DNA of 64,000 nt from Longimicrobiales bacterium (GTDB lineage: Bacteria; Gemmatimonadota; Gemmatimonadetes; Longimicrobiales; Gaopeijiaceae). Below the pieces are notes generated by a model that saw nothing but the letters and a program-made list of their open reading frames with translations, had not been told where the DNA came from and ran no database searches. Every line of letters starts with the position of its first letter. Position 1 is the first letter of the stretch. The stretch covers positions 640,001 through 704,000 of the forward strand of contig CBDFMQ010000002.1 in assembly GCA_965249725.1 (NCBI GenBank), read 5' to 3'. Shown here piece by piece: positions 38,781-49,517 of the stretch. The position numbers and the translations under genes were made by a program.

Positions 38781-39602
38781 CTAGAGAAACGTCAGCTGCG
38801 CGGGCCCCATCCGTTGCCGTAGTTCCTCGATGTCGATGAACTCGGTCGGCTGCTCCTGGGGAGCGACTCCCAGGAACCCCTGGTAGCCCGCCGCCCGGAG
38901 AGCGTCTCCCACCACGGTCTCCGCGAGTTCGGGCCGATTGCACTCCTGAGAGAGATGAGCGAGGAGTACGCCGGCCAGCCTCGGGTGCAGCAGCTCGCAA
39001 GCGAAGCGCGCCGCAGCGTGATTCGAGAGGTGCCCATGGCTCGAAGCGATGCGCTGCTGGACTGCCCATGGATAGGGACCGGTCCGGAGGAGCTCCTCGT
39101 CGTGATTGGCCTCGAGGATCAGAAAATCGGCACCCGCCAGTGCCAAGCGAATCTGCGCGTTCGGCCTGCCCAGATCGGTGGCCACGCCCACTCGGGTTTC
39201 CGTCGTCTTATCGACTAAAGCCACGGCCACAGGATCCGCCGCATCGTGCACGGTCAAGAAGGGCTCCACACGGATGGCCCCGATCTCGAAGTGGTGTCCG
39301 GCTCGATACGTCACCGTGGGTTCCTCACCGCGAAACACCTTCGAACAGGCCGACAAGGTGCGCTCCGTCAGGTAGACGGGCGTTCCGTGTCTTCGGCTGA
39401 AGATTCCGGCGCCCCTCGTATGATCACCGTGGTCGTGGCTGATGACGATGGCGTCGATGGCCTCGGGCGTCAGGTCGATTTGGGCGAGGCGCCGTTCGAG
39501 GTCCCGTCCGCTGAAGCCGGCGTCCACGAGCACGCGCGTATCACCGGCCTCGACCAACGTCGCGTTCCCGGCGCTTCCGGTCCCGAGTACACAGACCTTC
39601 AC
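38781..39602 (-). CDS. MBL-fold metallohydrolase (YycJ/WalJ-like)
   Basis: LGTGSAGNA, SHDHGDH, HDA.DP, GHLSN, AHLS.ECN. Confidence 0.9.
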   Translation of the reverse strand: MKVCVLGTGSAGNATLVEAGDTRVLVDAGFSGRDLERRLAQIDLTPEAIDAIVISHDHGDHTRGAGIFSRRHGTPVYLTERTLSACSKVFRGEEPTVTYRAGHHFEIGAIRVEPFLTVHDAADPVAVALVDKTTETRVGVATDLGRPNAQIRLALAGADFLILEANHDEELLRTGPYPWAVQQRIASSHGHLSNHAAARFACELLHPRLAGVLLAHLSQECNRPELAETVVGDALRAAGYQGFLGVAPQEQPTEFIDIEELRQRMGPAQLTFL

Positions 39603-39660
39603 CGGCTAGGCCCGGGCCGCCGGATAGGGTGGATGCCGCGCGTCGCGACGGGCTTGGGTT

Positions 39661-40872
39661 TCACGAACGATCCGACCGTGTGGCCTCCCATGCCCGCGTC
39701 AGGAGCGTGCGGGTCTGGTCGGTAAGGGGCTGGTCTCTACGACCCATCGTGCGCTCGGCGACCTCGAGAAAGCGGTCGAGATCGTACTCCTCCAGTGCGT
39801 CGCCGGACCCCCAGGTGAACGGAGGGACCGACCGAGCGGGGATGAGCCCGCCAAACAGGTTGCTGCCCGCCCCGACGACGCCTCCCGTGGACAGCAGAGT
39901 GCCGATGCCGGTCTTGGCATGATCCCCGATCATGCATCCGACCTTGATGAGGCCCGTGTCAATCCGTCCCGTTGCGGTGGGCACCCGGACCGTGCCGTAG
40001 TTGTTCTTCAGATCACTGTTGGTGGTCAAGGCCCCGAGGTTCACCCACTTCCCGAGATAGGAGTGACCCAGATACCCGTCATGGGCTTTGTTGGAGTACC
40101 CCAGCACCACCGAGCTCGCGACTTCGCCGCGCACCTTGCAGCCGGGTCCGATGCCCACCTCTTGGAAAGCGCCGCCGAGCAGGTGAGTCCCGGGCCCCAC
40201 GAAGGCGGGACCCGCCAGCCGCGTGAATGCCTGCACCTGCACGTCGTCCGAGAGTCGGATGGGTCCGTGGGTAGCGTCCAGGTGGACTCCAGCCTCGAGA
40301 TGCACCCCGTGGCCCACCGAGATGCGTTCGCCGCCCGCGCAGTGGACCCCGTCCGGCAGTGAGAAGCGGCTCTCTGGGAAAATGGTGGATACATCCTGGC
40401 GGATCTGTTCTCCGTTACCGGCTATCAGATCCCAGGGATGTTCGAGTACCCGGCCTTGGATTTCCACGACGGACTCGTCCCCAATCGCTGGATCGGGACC
40501 GAGCAGGTCACTCTCCGAGGGCGGGGGGCCGCCGGGTGGTGTGATCCACCCCACCGTCTGCCCGCCCATCACCAGCCTGGCCGGTACATCGGTAGGAGGA
40601 ACCGGGTTGAGATCGGGGACCGCCCGACTCGAGAAAAACACGAGCGGCTCATCGCCTCCGTCGGGGACGCCATCGACGACCGGCGGTGCTCCGTCTTCGT
40701 CGAACCCGACAAGGGTCGGAGCAGTGAACTGTCCGGTGCAGGGCGTGCCCCAGAACCGTTCTGCGCGCTCCCGCAGCAAAAGGCAGCCGAAGAGCAGCTC
40801 CCCCGCGGGCCTGGTCGTGGCGAACGGCGCCCAACCGCGGGCTTGTGCATCATCGAAGAGGTAGAGGGCCAT
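39661..40872 (-). CDS. GlmU-related putative sugar nucleotidyltransferase with hexapeptide repeats
   Basis: PF..TRP..EL.FG, NKAHDGYLGHSYLGKWVNLGA.TTNSDLKNNY. Confidence 0.85.
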   Translation of the reverse strand: MALYLFDDAQARGWAPFATTRPAGELLFGCLLLRERAERFWGTPCTGQFTAPTLVGFDEDGAPPVVDGVPDGGDEPLVFFSSRAVPDLNPVPPTDVPARLVMGGQTVGWITPPGGPPPSESDLLGPDPAIGDESVVEIQGRVLEHPWDLIAGNGEQIRQDVSTIFPESRFSLPDGVHCAGGERISVGHGVHLEAGVHLDATHGPIRLSDDVQVQAFTRLAGPAFVGPGTHLLGGAFQEVGIGPGCKVRGEVASSVVLGYSNKAHDGYLGHSYLGKWVNLGALTTNSDLKNNYGTVRVPTATGRIDTGLIKVGCMIGDHAKTGIGTLLSTGGVVGAGSNLFGGLIPARSVPPFTWGSGDALEEYDLDRFLEVAERTMGRRDQPLTDQTRTLLTRAWEATRSDRS

Positions 40873-41963
40873 CAGGCGGGCTCCTCGCCCTGCTGCAGTT
40901 CGGGAGGCAGTTGGTCCAAGAGGCCCTTCAGGCTAGGCGCCAGCTCTCTGCGGGTCACGAGCGTCACATCTCCGGAGCGGACGATGACGAGGTCCTCCAC
41001 TCCGTAGGCCACGACAGTGCCCTCAGGGGAGTACACCACGTTTCGCGCGCTCTCGACCAGATGCCCACTCCCTATGAGCACGTTGCCGTCGTCGTCCGGT
41101 TCTTGGCTGCGCATCAATGCCTCCCAGCTGCCTACATCGTCCCACTCGAAGGTCGCGGCGACGGACGCCACCCGACCACTCCGCTCCAGTACGGCAACGT
41201 CGACCGTCGTGATCGGAGCTCGATCGAAGAACTCATCGACCCGACCCTCTTCCAGGAGCGGGAAGAGGTCTGCGATCTCCGGGGCGACGGCCTCGACTTC
41301 TTCCAGGAAAGTCGAGGCTTTCCATACGAAGATACCACTATTCCAGAGGTGCCCCGCGGCCACGTACGACTCGGCTGTCTCGGCATCGGGCTTCTCCCGG
41401 AACGAGGCCACTCGGAAGGCCCTCGCTCCCGAACCGCTCGGAATCGGTTCACCCGGCTCGATGTACCCGTATCCCGTCTCGGGCCGAGTCGGCGGGACCG
41501 CTACCGTGAAGAGGAGGTCCTCTCGGCGGGCCAGGTCCGCCGCCGTGTGCATCAGCTCGACGAAGTCGGATTCCGGCCGAATCATGTGATCGGCGTGGAG
41601 CGAGATCAACACGGCGTCCGGTTCGCGCTTGGCCAGTTCCCACGCGGCCCAAACGAGCGCCGGGGCCGTCCCGCGGGGCTTCGGCTCGATCATGAGGCCG
41701 GCTCGGCCCAGGTCGGGCAGGGCTGCCTGAAAGGCCTCAGCGAGCCTCGGTCCGGTCAGGATCTGCACTCTGTCGGCAGACACTACCTGTTGGGCTCGCC
41801 GATAGGTGTCGACGATGAGGGGGTCGGGCGAAGCAAGCGACAGAAGCTGCTTGGGCCTTGCCGGAGTGCTTGCGGGCCAGAAACGACTTCCGACCCCGCC
41901 AGCCAGAATCGTGATGTAGAGCTGAGGGTCAGGATCCTTGGAGGATCTCTTGGATTCTGGCAA
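40872..41963 (-). CDS. Mannose-1-phosphate guanylyltransferase
   Basis: ILAGGVGSRFWP.S...PKQLL, PTRPETGYGYI, WNSGIF, WDDVGSW. Confidence 0.92.
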   Translation of the reverse strand: MPESKRSSKDPDPQLYITILAGGVGSRFWPASTPARPKQLLSLASPDPLIVDTYRRAQQVVSADRVQILTGPRLAEAFQAALPDLGRAGLMIEPKPRGTAPALVWAAWELAKREPDAVLISLHADHMIRPESDFVELMHTAADLARREDLLFTVAVPPTRPETGYGYIEPGEPIPSGSGARAFRVASFREKPDAETAESYVAAGHLWNSGIFVWKASTFLEEVEAVAPEIADLFPLLEEGRVDEFFDRAPITTVDVAVLERSGRVASVAATFEWDDVGSWEALMRSQEPDDDGNVLIGSGHLVESARNVVYSPEGTVVAYGVEDLVIVRSGDVTLVTRRELAPSLKGLLDQLPPELQQGEEPA

Positions 41964-42330
41964 GAAGCTTCTTCGGGCTGAAGGGCTTGGTCAGGAAGTC
42001 GTTCGCTCCAAGGGAGAACGCCTGCTCCCGGTCTGCATCCTGTCCTTTGGCGGTGAGAATGACAACGGGAGTGGACTTGCGGTGCTCCAACCCGCGCAGA
42101 TGGCTCAGGACCTCTAGTCCGGTGGCTCCGGGCATCATGATGTCCAACAGGATCAGGTCGTAGTGCGATTCACCCTCGAGCGCTTGGATCGCCGCCGTGC
42201 CGTCGGGCTGGAGATCCACTTGGAAGGTGGCTGACTCCAGAAGGGTCTGGAGAATCCGTCGAATATGGGGTTCGTCGTCGGCCACCAGAATGTGCCCGCT
42301 CGGGGCGGAGGACTCGGCCACGTCAGGCAT
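41929..42330 (-). CDS. Single-domain response regulator
   Basis: ILVADDE, LLDIMMP, LTAKG, FLTKPFSP. Confidence 0.9.
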   Translation of the reverse strand: MPDVAESSAPSGHILVADDEPHIRRILQTLLESATFQVDLQPDGTAAIQALEGESHYDLILLDIMMPGATGLEVLSHLRGLEHRKSTPVVILTAKGQDADREQAFSLGANDFLTKPFSPKKLLARIQEILQGS

Positions 42331-42419
42331 CGATTTCGGCTCCTCACTGGGGCGATGTTGGGGCGGGAACCTACCCGCCAAACGGTGTAGAAGTCAAGGA
42401 ACTTCACGGACTTGCAGGG

Positions 42420-42449
42420 TTGACACCCTCGCCTTGATTCGGGTAGCCT
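42420..42449 (+). promoter_or_regulatory. Putative sigma-70 promoter for the lipoprotein-serS unit
   Basis: TTGACA - 18 nt - TAGCCT. Confidence 0.5.
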
Positions 42450-42481
42450 TGGGCCTCCATTTCAACCGAAAAACGCCTTAA

Positions 42482-43066
42482 GTGAACACCCATACTTTTC
42501 CTAGATTTGTGACCGTTGGTGTCGCAGTTGTCACCCTGAGTATCGGGTTGGCGGGCTGTGGAGGACGGGATCCGTTCGACATCGGATGGACATCGAGTCC
42601 GGACACGGCGTTGATCTTCTCCCTCGCTCGCCCCGACTTGAATCTCCCGTCGGCCTTCGACTTCCACCTGGGAGTCGCACAGGTGCTCGAATCGCCTACG
42701 TCGACCGGCCTATGGGACCTCGCCTTGGACACCAGGGGCGGCGAGTTCGTCTTTCTCCTCCCCGAGGTCCTGGGGATTCCGAGTGAGGCGAGGATTCTCG
42801 AGCTTCCCGGCCTGAGCTTTGCCGAGGTACGGGAGGCGCCGGCCGACACGACCACCTACACCGCGGACGAGGCGGTTACGGTGAGGTCGGGCTCGGTATA
42901 CGTCATCCGTACGCACGTCGGCTCGGATCAGTTCGGGTTCGACTGCCTCTTCTACGCGAAGATGGAAGCCCTGGAGCTCGATGTCGCGGGGGGTAGTCTG
43001 CTCTTTGTGTACGATGCGAATCCGCTGTGCAACGACCGGGACCTCATATCCCCGGGCGAGAACTGA
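42482..43066 (+). CDS. Hypothetical lipoprotein
   Basis: LAGC lipobox after a hydrophobic stretch. Confidence 0.75.
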   Translation: MNTHTFPRFVTVGVAVVTLSIGLAGCGGRDPFDIGWTSSPDTALIFSLARPDLNLPSAFDFHLGVAQVLESPTSTGLWDLALDTRGGEFVFLLPEVLGIPSEARILELPGLSFAEVREAPADTTTYTADEAVTVRSGSVYVIRTHVGSDQFGFDCLFYAKMEALELDVAGGSLLFVYDANPLCNDRDLISPGEN

Positions 43067-43067
43067 C

Positions 43068-44345
43068 GTGCTGGATGTTCGGCGTATCCGCAGCGAGCCT
43101 GATGTGGTCAAGGCCGCTTTGGCACGAAGAAGATCGAAGGGACTCGTAGAATCCGTCGACGAGATTCTCATGCTCGACGAGGAACGTAGGGCACGTCTCG
43201 CCGAGGTGAACGAGCTCAAGGCGGAGCGCAACGAGGTCTCGAAGAGGATCGGCGAGCTCAAGCGGGAGGGCGGCGACGCCGAGGACATGATCGTCGCCAT
43301 GCGTGAGGTCGGTGATCGCATTGCCGAGATCGACACCGACGTGGTCGAGGCGGAGGGCCGCATCCACGAGATCCTGATGATGATCCCCAACCTCCCATTG
43401 GACGAGGTGCCCGAGGGGGGTGTGGAGTGCAACGAAATCGTCCGGGTGGTGGGGTCACCGGTCGAGTTCGATTTCGAGCCCAAGCCTCACTGGGAACTCG
43501 GAGAGGATCTCGGACTCCTCGATCTGCCGGGGGGCACCAAGATCGCCGGCACCGGCTTTCCGGTGTTGAAGGGGATGGGCGCTCGCCTCCAGCGGTGTCT
43601 CATCGACTACATGCTCGACATCCACACGGTCGAGCACGGCTATACCGAGCTGCGGGTTCCGTATCTCGTGAACCGGGACTCGCTCACCGGGACCGGCCAG
43701 CTTCCCAAGTTCGCGGACGAGTCATATCAGTCCGAGCGGGATGATCTGTGGTTGATTCCGACCGCGGAGGTGCCCATCACCAATCTCCATCGGGACGATC
43801 TGCTGTCTGCAGACGATCTTCCCGTTCGCTACACGGCGTACAGCCCCTGCTTTCGACGAGAGGCGGGCGCAGCGGGCGCCGATACGCGGGGCCTTCTCCG
43901 GGTGCACCAGTTCGACAAGGTCGAGTTGGTACGATACGAGCCGGCGGCGCGGGGCAGGGAAGCCCTGGAGGAACTCACGGCCGAAGCGGAGTCGATTCTG
44001 CAGCGGCTCGGACTACACTATCGGGTGGTCAATCTCGCCACCGGTGATCTCGGATTCTCGTCGAGCATGACGTACGACCTCGAGGTCTGGGCCCCGGGTG
44101 TGGCGCAGTGGCTCGAGGTGTCGAGCTGCAGCACCTTCGCCGACTTTCAAGCCCGCAGAGCCAACATCCGCTACCGGCCGACGGCCGGAGAGAAGCCCGA
44201 GTTCGTGCACACGCTCAACGGGTCTGCGCTGGCTCTTCCGAGGCTCATGGTGGCGGTCCTGGAGACGTATCAGCGGGCCGACGGCTCGGTGAGCGTACCT
44301 GAAGCCCTTCAGGAACGACTCGGCTTCGCGACCATCGAAGCGTAA
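43068..44345 (+). CDS. serS: Serine--tRNA ligase
   Basis: GTGQLPKF, LIPTAEVP, FRREAG, RVHQFDKVE, HTLNGSALA. Confidence 0.97.
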   Translation: MLDVRRIRSEPDVVKAALARRRSKGLVESVDEILMLDEERRARLAEVNELKAERNEVSKRIGELKREGGDAEDMIVAMREVGDRIAEIDTDVVEAEGRIHEILMMIPNLPLDEVPEGGVECNEIVRVVGSPVEFDFEPKPHWELGEDLGLLDLPGGTKIAGTGFPVLKGMGARLQRCLIDYMLDIHTVEHGYTELRVPYLVNRDSLTGTGQLPKFADESYQSERDDLWLIPTAEVPITNLHRDDLLSADDLPVRYTAYSPCFRREAGAAGADTRGLLRVHQFDKVELVRYEPAARGREALEELTAEAESILQRLGLHYRVVNLATGDLGFSSSMTYDLEVWAPGVAQWLEVSSCSTFADFQARRANIRYRPTAGEKPEFVHTLNGSALALPRLMVAVLETYQRADGSVSVPEALQERLGFATIEA

Positions 44346-44418
44346 TGGACCTCACGTCCCGTAGGGCGGGCAGGACCACGCAGATGGGGATCGCCCGTCG
44401 TACCGGAGAAGCCGCACC

Positions 44419-45657
44419 ATGATGCGGATCAAGTGGCCCGTCCTGCTGGCCACGCTCTTCTTCGCCCTTCTGGCCTGGTATCTCCTCTACACCAAAAGCA
44501 TCGTCGACGCGCTACACCGCAACGAAGAGCTCATCACAGAGGTGTTCACCCTGGCCGAGGAACTCATCCAGAATCCGGGTCAATCCGAAACGCTGGACTT
44601 CGAGGAAGGCATCCGGGATGCGGGCCGCTTCGACCTGGCACTCTTCGAGCTTCAGGGTGTGATCATCCAGTCGGGCATTCCGTTGATCGTAATGGATGCC
44701 GCCGACAGCGTGCTTTCGGTGGAGAACCTCCCGTTCAGCGCGGACATCTACACTCCCGAAGGACAGGAACAGGTCAAGGTGCTGGTCCGACGGCTGGCAG
44801 CGACGGGACACGAACCGATCGTGGGGGCCGGGGGGAACGTCATCCACTTCGGGGATACCCCGGAGTTGTCCGGGCTGAGGTGGATTCCCTACTTCCTGGC
44901 CAGCGGGCTGATGATCACGGTGCTTATTGGCTTTCTCGTGATCCGGTATCAGCGCAGGGCTGAGCAGGAGAAGGCTTGGACGGCCATGGCTCGGGAACTG
45001 GCCCACCAGTTGGGCACGCCGATCTCGTCCCTTCAGGGTTGGCTCGAACTCTTGCGTCTGCCCATGTCAGAGAGGCCGGGAGAGCTCGACGTCGACACCG
45101 TTGCCGGTGGGATCGACGAGGACCTTGTGAGGCTGGAGCGAATCAGCCACCGGTTCGAGCTGATCGGTCGCGATCCCGAGCTGGAGCCCCTCGACATTCG
45201 CGAAATCGTGAGGGAGCTGGAGCGCTACCTTCAGGCACGGCTGCCCAGGCTGACGACCGGCATCTTGATCGTCGTGGATGTGCCCAAGGGCATGCCGAAG
45301 ATCCTGGGCAACGAGGTCATCCTCTCGTGGGCCCTCGAGAACGTCGTGAAGAACGCCCTAGATGCCATGGCGGGACGAGGCGGGGAGATTCGCCTCAAGG
45401 TCCGGAAAGGACTGCCGGGTTGGGTGCATCTTCGCATTCAGGACACTGGTCCTGGAGTCGATCCGGAGGTGCGTGACAAGATCTTCGAGCCCGGGGTCAG
45501 CGGGAAGGATCGTGGTTGGGGAGTCGGTCTGACCCTGTCCCGGCGGATCATCGAGGTGGGGCACAAAGGTCACATCTATTTGCTGGATACCGAGGGTGCA
45601 GGCGCCATCTTCGAGATTCGCCTCCCGGCAGCGCCCCCCTCGGAGCCCTCGCGCTGA
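44419..45657 (+). CDS. Sensor histidine kinase
   Basis: Two TM, H-box ELAHQLGTPISSL, NALDA, DTGPG, GWGVGL. Confidence 0.92.
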   Translation: MMRIKWPVLLATLFFALLAWYLLYTKSIVDALHRNEELITEVFTLAEELIQNPGQSETLDFEEGIRDAGRFDLALFELQGVIIQSGIPLIVMDAADSVLSVENLPFSADIYTPEGQEQVKVLVRRLAATGHEPIVGAGGNVIHFGDTPELSGLRWIPYFLASGLMITVLIGFLVIRYQRRAEQEKAWTAMARELAHQLGTPISSLQGWLELLRLPMSERPGELDVDTVAGGIDEDLVRLERISHRFELIGRDPELEPLDIREIVRELERYLQARLPRLTTGILIVVDVPKGMPKILGNEVILSWALENVVKNALDAMAGRGGEIRLKVRKGLPGWVHLRIQDTGPGVDPEVRDKIFEPGVSGKDRGWGVGLTLSRRIIEVGHKGHIYLLDTEGAGAIFEIRLPAAPPSEPSR

Positions 45658-45671
45658 ACACGTCGGCCGAC

Positions 45672-47978
45672 ATGAGGGACAAACCCGCGGTCCCCTCGGA
45701 CTCCTATCTGGCCCAACTCAACGAGAGTCAACAGGAGGCGGTCGAGTACTTCGAGGGACCGCTTCTCGTCTTGGCAGGCGCCGGTTCTGGAAAGACGCGT
45801 GTGCTCACCACGCGTATCGCACACCTCATTCACGAACGGGGCGTGCCCCCCGAACGTATTCTGGCGGTCACGTTCACCAACAAGGCTGCCGGCGAGATGC
45901 GGGAGCGGATCACGGGCCTTCTGGGACAGGAGCCGCGGGCCATGTGGACGGGGACCTTCCACGCTCTGGGTGCTCGACTCCTCCGTAGGCACGCCCCGAG
46001 CCTGGGCTGGACCAATACGTTCACCATCTTCGATGCCGAACAGAGTCTCAGGCTCATCAAGAAGACGGCCGAGACCGTGGGGCTAGATACCCGACGCTGG
46101 AGCCCCAAGGCCATTCGTGGGCATGTGAGCGGCGCCAAGAACCAGCTCGTCACTCCCCAGCAGTTCGTGGAAGAGAACGAGGGAAGTTTCGACATTTTTG
46201 CTCGCAACGTCGCCCGGGTGTACCCGGCGTACCAGCAGTCGTTGAAGACTCAGAATGCGTTCGACTTCGATGACCTGCTGGTCAAGCCGGTAGAGCTCTT
46301 CGAAGCCGATCCGGGACTGCTCGACCGATATCGGAGGCGGTTCAGCTTCGTCCTCGTCGACGAGTATCAGGACACCAACGCCGCCCAGTTCCGATTCGTC
46401 GAGCTGCTCGCTTCAGAGCACAGGAACCTGATGGTCGTCGGCGATGACGATCAGAGCATCTATGGATGGCGAGGGGCCGATATTCGGAACATCCTCGACT
46501 TCGAGACGGCGTTTCCGGGGGCCCACGTCGTGCGCCTCGAGCAGAACTACCGCTCTTCCGAAGTGATTCTCTCGGCCGCGAATGCGGTCATCGCAGAGAA
46601 CGTGCAGCGAAAGGGCAAGACTCTCCGGACCGACAGGGCGGGTGGCGAACGGATCACGCTTGTGACCTCCTCGGGTGAGACGGACGAGGCGCGCTGGATC
46701 TGCGATCAGGTGGAGGGGCGCCGGGCGGCCGATGCGAGTCTCATGCATCGCGAAGTCGCCATTCTCTACCGTACCAACGCCCAGTCCCGGGCGCTCGAGG
46801 ACGTGTTCCGCCGGAGGGGGGTGCCGTACCAAATAGTAGGCGGTGTCCGTTTCTACGAACGTCGTGAGATTCAGGATGTGATGGCCTACTTGCGGCTCAT
46901 ATCCAATCCGCTCGATGCGGGTGCCTTCGATCGCATCGTCAACTATCCGCGGCGTGGGATCGGTGCGGCCACACAGGAGAGGCTGGCGACGTGGGCCGAA
47001 GCCGAAGGCGTCAGCCTGTTGGAGGCGGCTTCGCGGGCGCAGGAGGCACCGGATCTGCCCCAGGCGGGCGCCCGAGGCTTGGAGCGGTTCGCCATCCTCA
47101 TTCAGAGATATTCGGCGCTGGCCTCTCAGATGAGCGTGGGAGAGCTGCTCGAGAGTCTCGTGGAGGAACTGGAGATCTCGCGGCATCTCGAGGACGAAGG
47201 CCCCGACGGTGAGGATCGAGCGGACAACGTGCGAGAGCTGATCGCGGGGGCGCTCGACTACAATGCCGAACTTCTCGAGGAGCAGGAGGAAGACGACTTC
47301 GATCACTTCACCGAACTCGACCTGTTTCTTCAACAGGTAGCACTGGTCGCCGATGTCGATCGTCATGACCCGGACGCAGACGCGGTGACCATGATGACTC
47401 TGCACAACGCAAAGGGACTCGAGTTTCCGGTGGTGTTTATCTCGGGGCTCGAGGACGGTCTCTTTCCGTTGAGCCGCGCCTACGACGAACCGGCAGAGCT
47501 GGAGGAGGAGCGCCGTCTATTCTACGTCGGGATCACCCGGGCCGAGGACAAGCTGTTCCTGACGCATGCGCGGCAGCGCCGCCGCGCAGGTGACATCATG
47601 TACGGGCGTCTGTCGCCGTTCGTAGAGGCGATTCCCGAGCACCTCGTGGAAGAGGTGGAGACCTCCGTGGTCGGGACATCAGGTGGGTACCTCTCCAGGA
47701 GGGCTCGCCGGGACACTCGCCGGGACAGTCCCCAGGACCCTGGGCTCGAAGGTGATCGGGAGTCGACCGAAGACGCCATCGATTTCGATGCGAGCTTCAA
47801 TCAGGATCTCCCTCGCTTCATAAAGGGGGAGAGGGTCGCGCACGAGACGTTCGGATCCGGGACCGTGGGTGAGGTCTCCGGATTCGGGCGAGACCTCAAG
47901 GTCACGATCCACTTCGACTCGGTCGGCAGTAAGACGTTGCTCGTGCGGTACGCGGGCCTCCGCCGCGATTACGACTGA
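45672..47978 (+). CDS. pcrA: UvrD/PcrA ATP-dependent DNA helicase
   Basis: AGAGSGKT, TFTNKAA, VDEYQDTN, LEQNYRS, EEERRLFYVGITRA, C-terminal Tudor-like domain. Confidence 0.93.
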   Translation: MRDKPAVPSDSYLAQLNESQQEAVEYFEGPLLVLAGAGSGKTRVLTTRIAHLIHERGVPPERILAVTFTNKAAGEMRERITGLLGQEPRAMWTGTFHALGARLLRRHAPSLGWTNTFTIFDAEQSLRLIKKTAETVGLDTRRWSPKAIRGHVSGAKNQLVTPQQFVEENEGSFDIFARNVARVYPAYQQSLKTQNAFDFDDLLVKPVELFEADPGLLDRYRRRFSFVLVDEYQDTNAAQFRFVELLASEHRNLMVVGDDDQSIYGWRGADIRNILDFETAFPGAHVVRLEQNYRSSEVILSAANAVIAENVQRKGKTLRTDRAGGERITLVTSSGETDEARWICDQVEGRRAADASLMHREVAILYRTNAQSRALEDVFRRRGVPYQIVGGVRFYERREIQDVMAYLRLISNPLDAGAFDRIVNYPRRGIGAATQERLATWAEAEGVSLLEAASRAQEAPDLPQAGARGLERFAILIQRYSALASQMSVGELLESLVEELEISRHLEDEGPDGEDRADNVRELIAGALDYNAELLEEQEEDDFDHFTELDLFLQQVALVADVDRHDPDADAVTMMTLHNAKGLEFPVVFISGLEDGLFPLSRAYDEPAELEEERRLFYVGITRAEDKLFLTHARQRRRAGDIMYGRLSPFVEAIPEHLVEEVETSVVGTSGGYLSRRARRDTRRDSPQDPGLEGDRESTEDAIDFDASFNQDLPRFIKGERVAHETFGSGTVGEVSGFGRDLKVTIHFDSVGSKTLLVRYAGLRRDYD

Positions 47979-48012
47979 GCGGCGGTCGCTTCGGATCTGA
48001 TCGAGGAGCGGC

Positions 48013-48930
48013 TCACTCGGTCGTGGCCGGTATCGCCTCCCGCTCGGGCCAGTGGATCAGGTCGTGACTGGGGAGGGGGAAGAACTCGTCGGCCGCTTCA
48101 TGTAGGTGACCCGGATCCTCCACCCCACCACGGGCCAGGGCCAGGCGACGCACCTTCTTCGCCAATCGCAGATTGAGCTCACCCGTCGGGTCGAGGAGTC
48201 CCGGCCGAGACTCTCCGCGGGACACGAGGTAGTCGACCACGTATTCGAACGACAACGCGTGATAGGTCGCAACCGACCCCTCCAGCAGGTCGAAACGCGA
48301 ATTCTGTAGGACGCGGTCGAATACCTGCTGCCAACGGTCGTGATCGCTGAACCGGATCATGCCCGTGAAGATCTTCCGGTTCGTCTGAAAGCTGAACAGC
48401 GTATTGCTGAGAACTCGGTCGAACAGCTGGTCGGCCTCGGTGTGGTCGTTCTCCATGACCAGATGCCGGGCCTTGGCCAAGTAGTCGACGCCGACATGCA
48501 TGTCCATACGATGTTCCCAGTACGCATGTCCGAGCGCCTGTGTCGTGCTCGTTGTAAGGAACCGGCGAGGCAGGAACAGATTGTGGGCCACCGTGTCCGC
48601 CGCCAGATGCGCGAGGTAGCCGTAGCCGACCGACGCCAGTCGCGGGCTGTCGGTCGTGGCGAGGATCTCCTCGCCCACGTGCCAGTGATGGCAGTGTCGG
48701 CCCTCCGGGACGTACTTCTTGGCGAAAGAGATATCGGCGGCGATGGATCCGTACAGGAAGTGCAGGGGGTTCGCCTCGATCACCGCCCGGATCGCCGGAG
48801 GGAGCAGGTAGAGAGACGCCAGCAGGGTCTCTCCGAGCGCGATATGGGTGCCGGGGCCCCAGGCCCAGAGCGGTTCAGGATCGAGAAGTAGCCAACCGAG
48901 CGCTACCGAGAAGGTCCAGGCGATCTTCAC
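48013..48930 (-). CDS. Zinc-dependent phospholipase C family protein
   Basis: AWGPGTH after a signal peptide, [19 protein letters not shown]. Confidence 0.82.
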   Translation of the reverse strand: MKIAWTFSVALGWLLLDPEPLWAWGPGTHIALGETLLASLYLLPPAIRAVIEANPLHFLYGSIAADISFAKKYVPEGRHCHHWHVGEEILATTDSPRLASVGYGYLAHLAADTVAHNLFLPRRFLTTSTTQALGHAYWEHRMDMHVGVDYLAKARHLVMENDHTEADQLFDRVLSNTLFSFQTNRKIFTGMIRFSDHDRWQQVFDRVLQNSRFDLLEGSVATYHALSFEYVVDYLVSRGESRPGLLDPTGELNLRLAKKVRRLALARGGVEDPGHLHEAADEFFPLPSHDLIHWPEREAIPATTE

Positions 48931-49493
48931 GCGCTCTCGGCGTCTTCCGGGACCATCGCTCCTTCCACATCGGCGGACTCGTCCAAGTCACCGTCGTCGG
49001 GCTCTGCGGCCTGTTCGGCCTCCAGGGCCACGCCTTCTCCCATGTTGCGAGCCCCCGCACGGACTCCGCGGACTGCGGCGGCCGTATCTAGCAAAACGGA
49101 CTCTGCCTCGTCCTGTACCACGTCCATGAGGGCGTTGAACTCGCCGACTCTCTCTTCCATCCGCTCCGAGGCGTCCTTGAGACGATCCGACAGCCCGGCA
49201 ACCGAGGAGTGGATCTTCTGTACGTCCTCCCGGACCACGGCCGAGATGTATTCCACGTTTTCGGCGGCTACTCGGGCCCGGTCGGCCACCGGTTGCACCT
49301 GGCGCTGGAGCGACGCGAGGACCTTCCGGAGCTGGACGAGCAACGCCAGCATCGCTAACAGCAGAACGGCGGAAATCGCAGCTAGGACCACCGACGAGAT
49401 GTCGGCGGCGACCTGTAGGCCTCCCGACTGAGAGAGGGCCTCGGTAGTCCCCTGAAGGGGAGAGAGAGCCGGGAGCATGAGTCTGTAGGCCAT
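48927..49493 (-). CDS. DUF948-like membrane-anchored coiled-coil protein
   Basis: One TM followed by a heptad-rich helical region. Confidence 0.6.
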   Translation of the reverse strand: MAYRLMLPALSPLQGTTEALSQSGGLQVAADISSVVLAAISAVLLLAMLALLVQLRKVLASLQRQVQPVADRARVAAENVEYISAVVREDVQKIHSSVAGLSDRLKDASERMEERVGEFNALMDVVQDEAESVLLDTAAAVRGVRAGARNMGEGVALEAEQAAEPDDGDLDESADVEGAMVPEDAESA

Positions 49494-49517
49494 GGCGAAA
49501 GGTATACGTTCAGTACC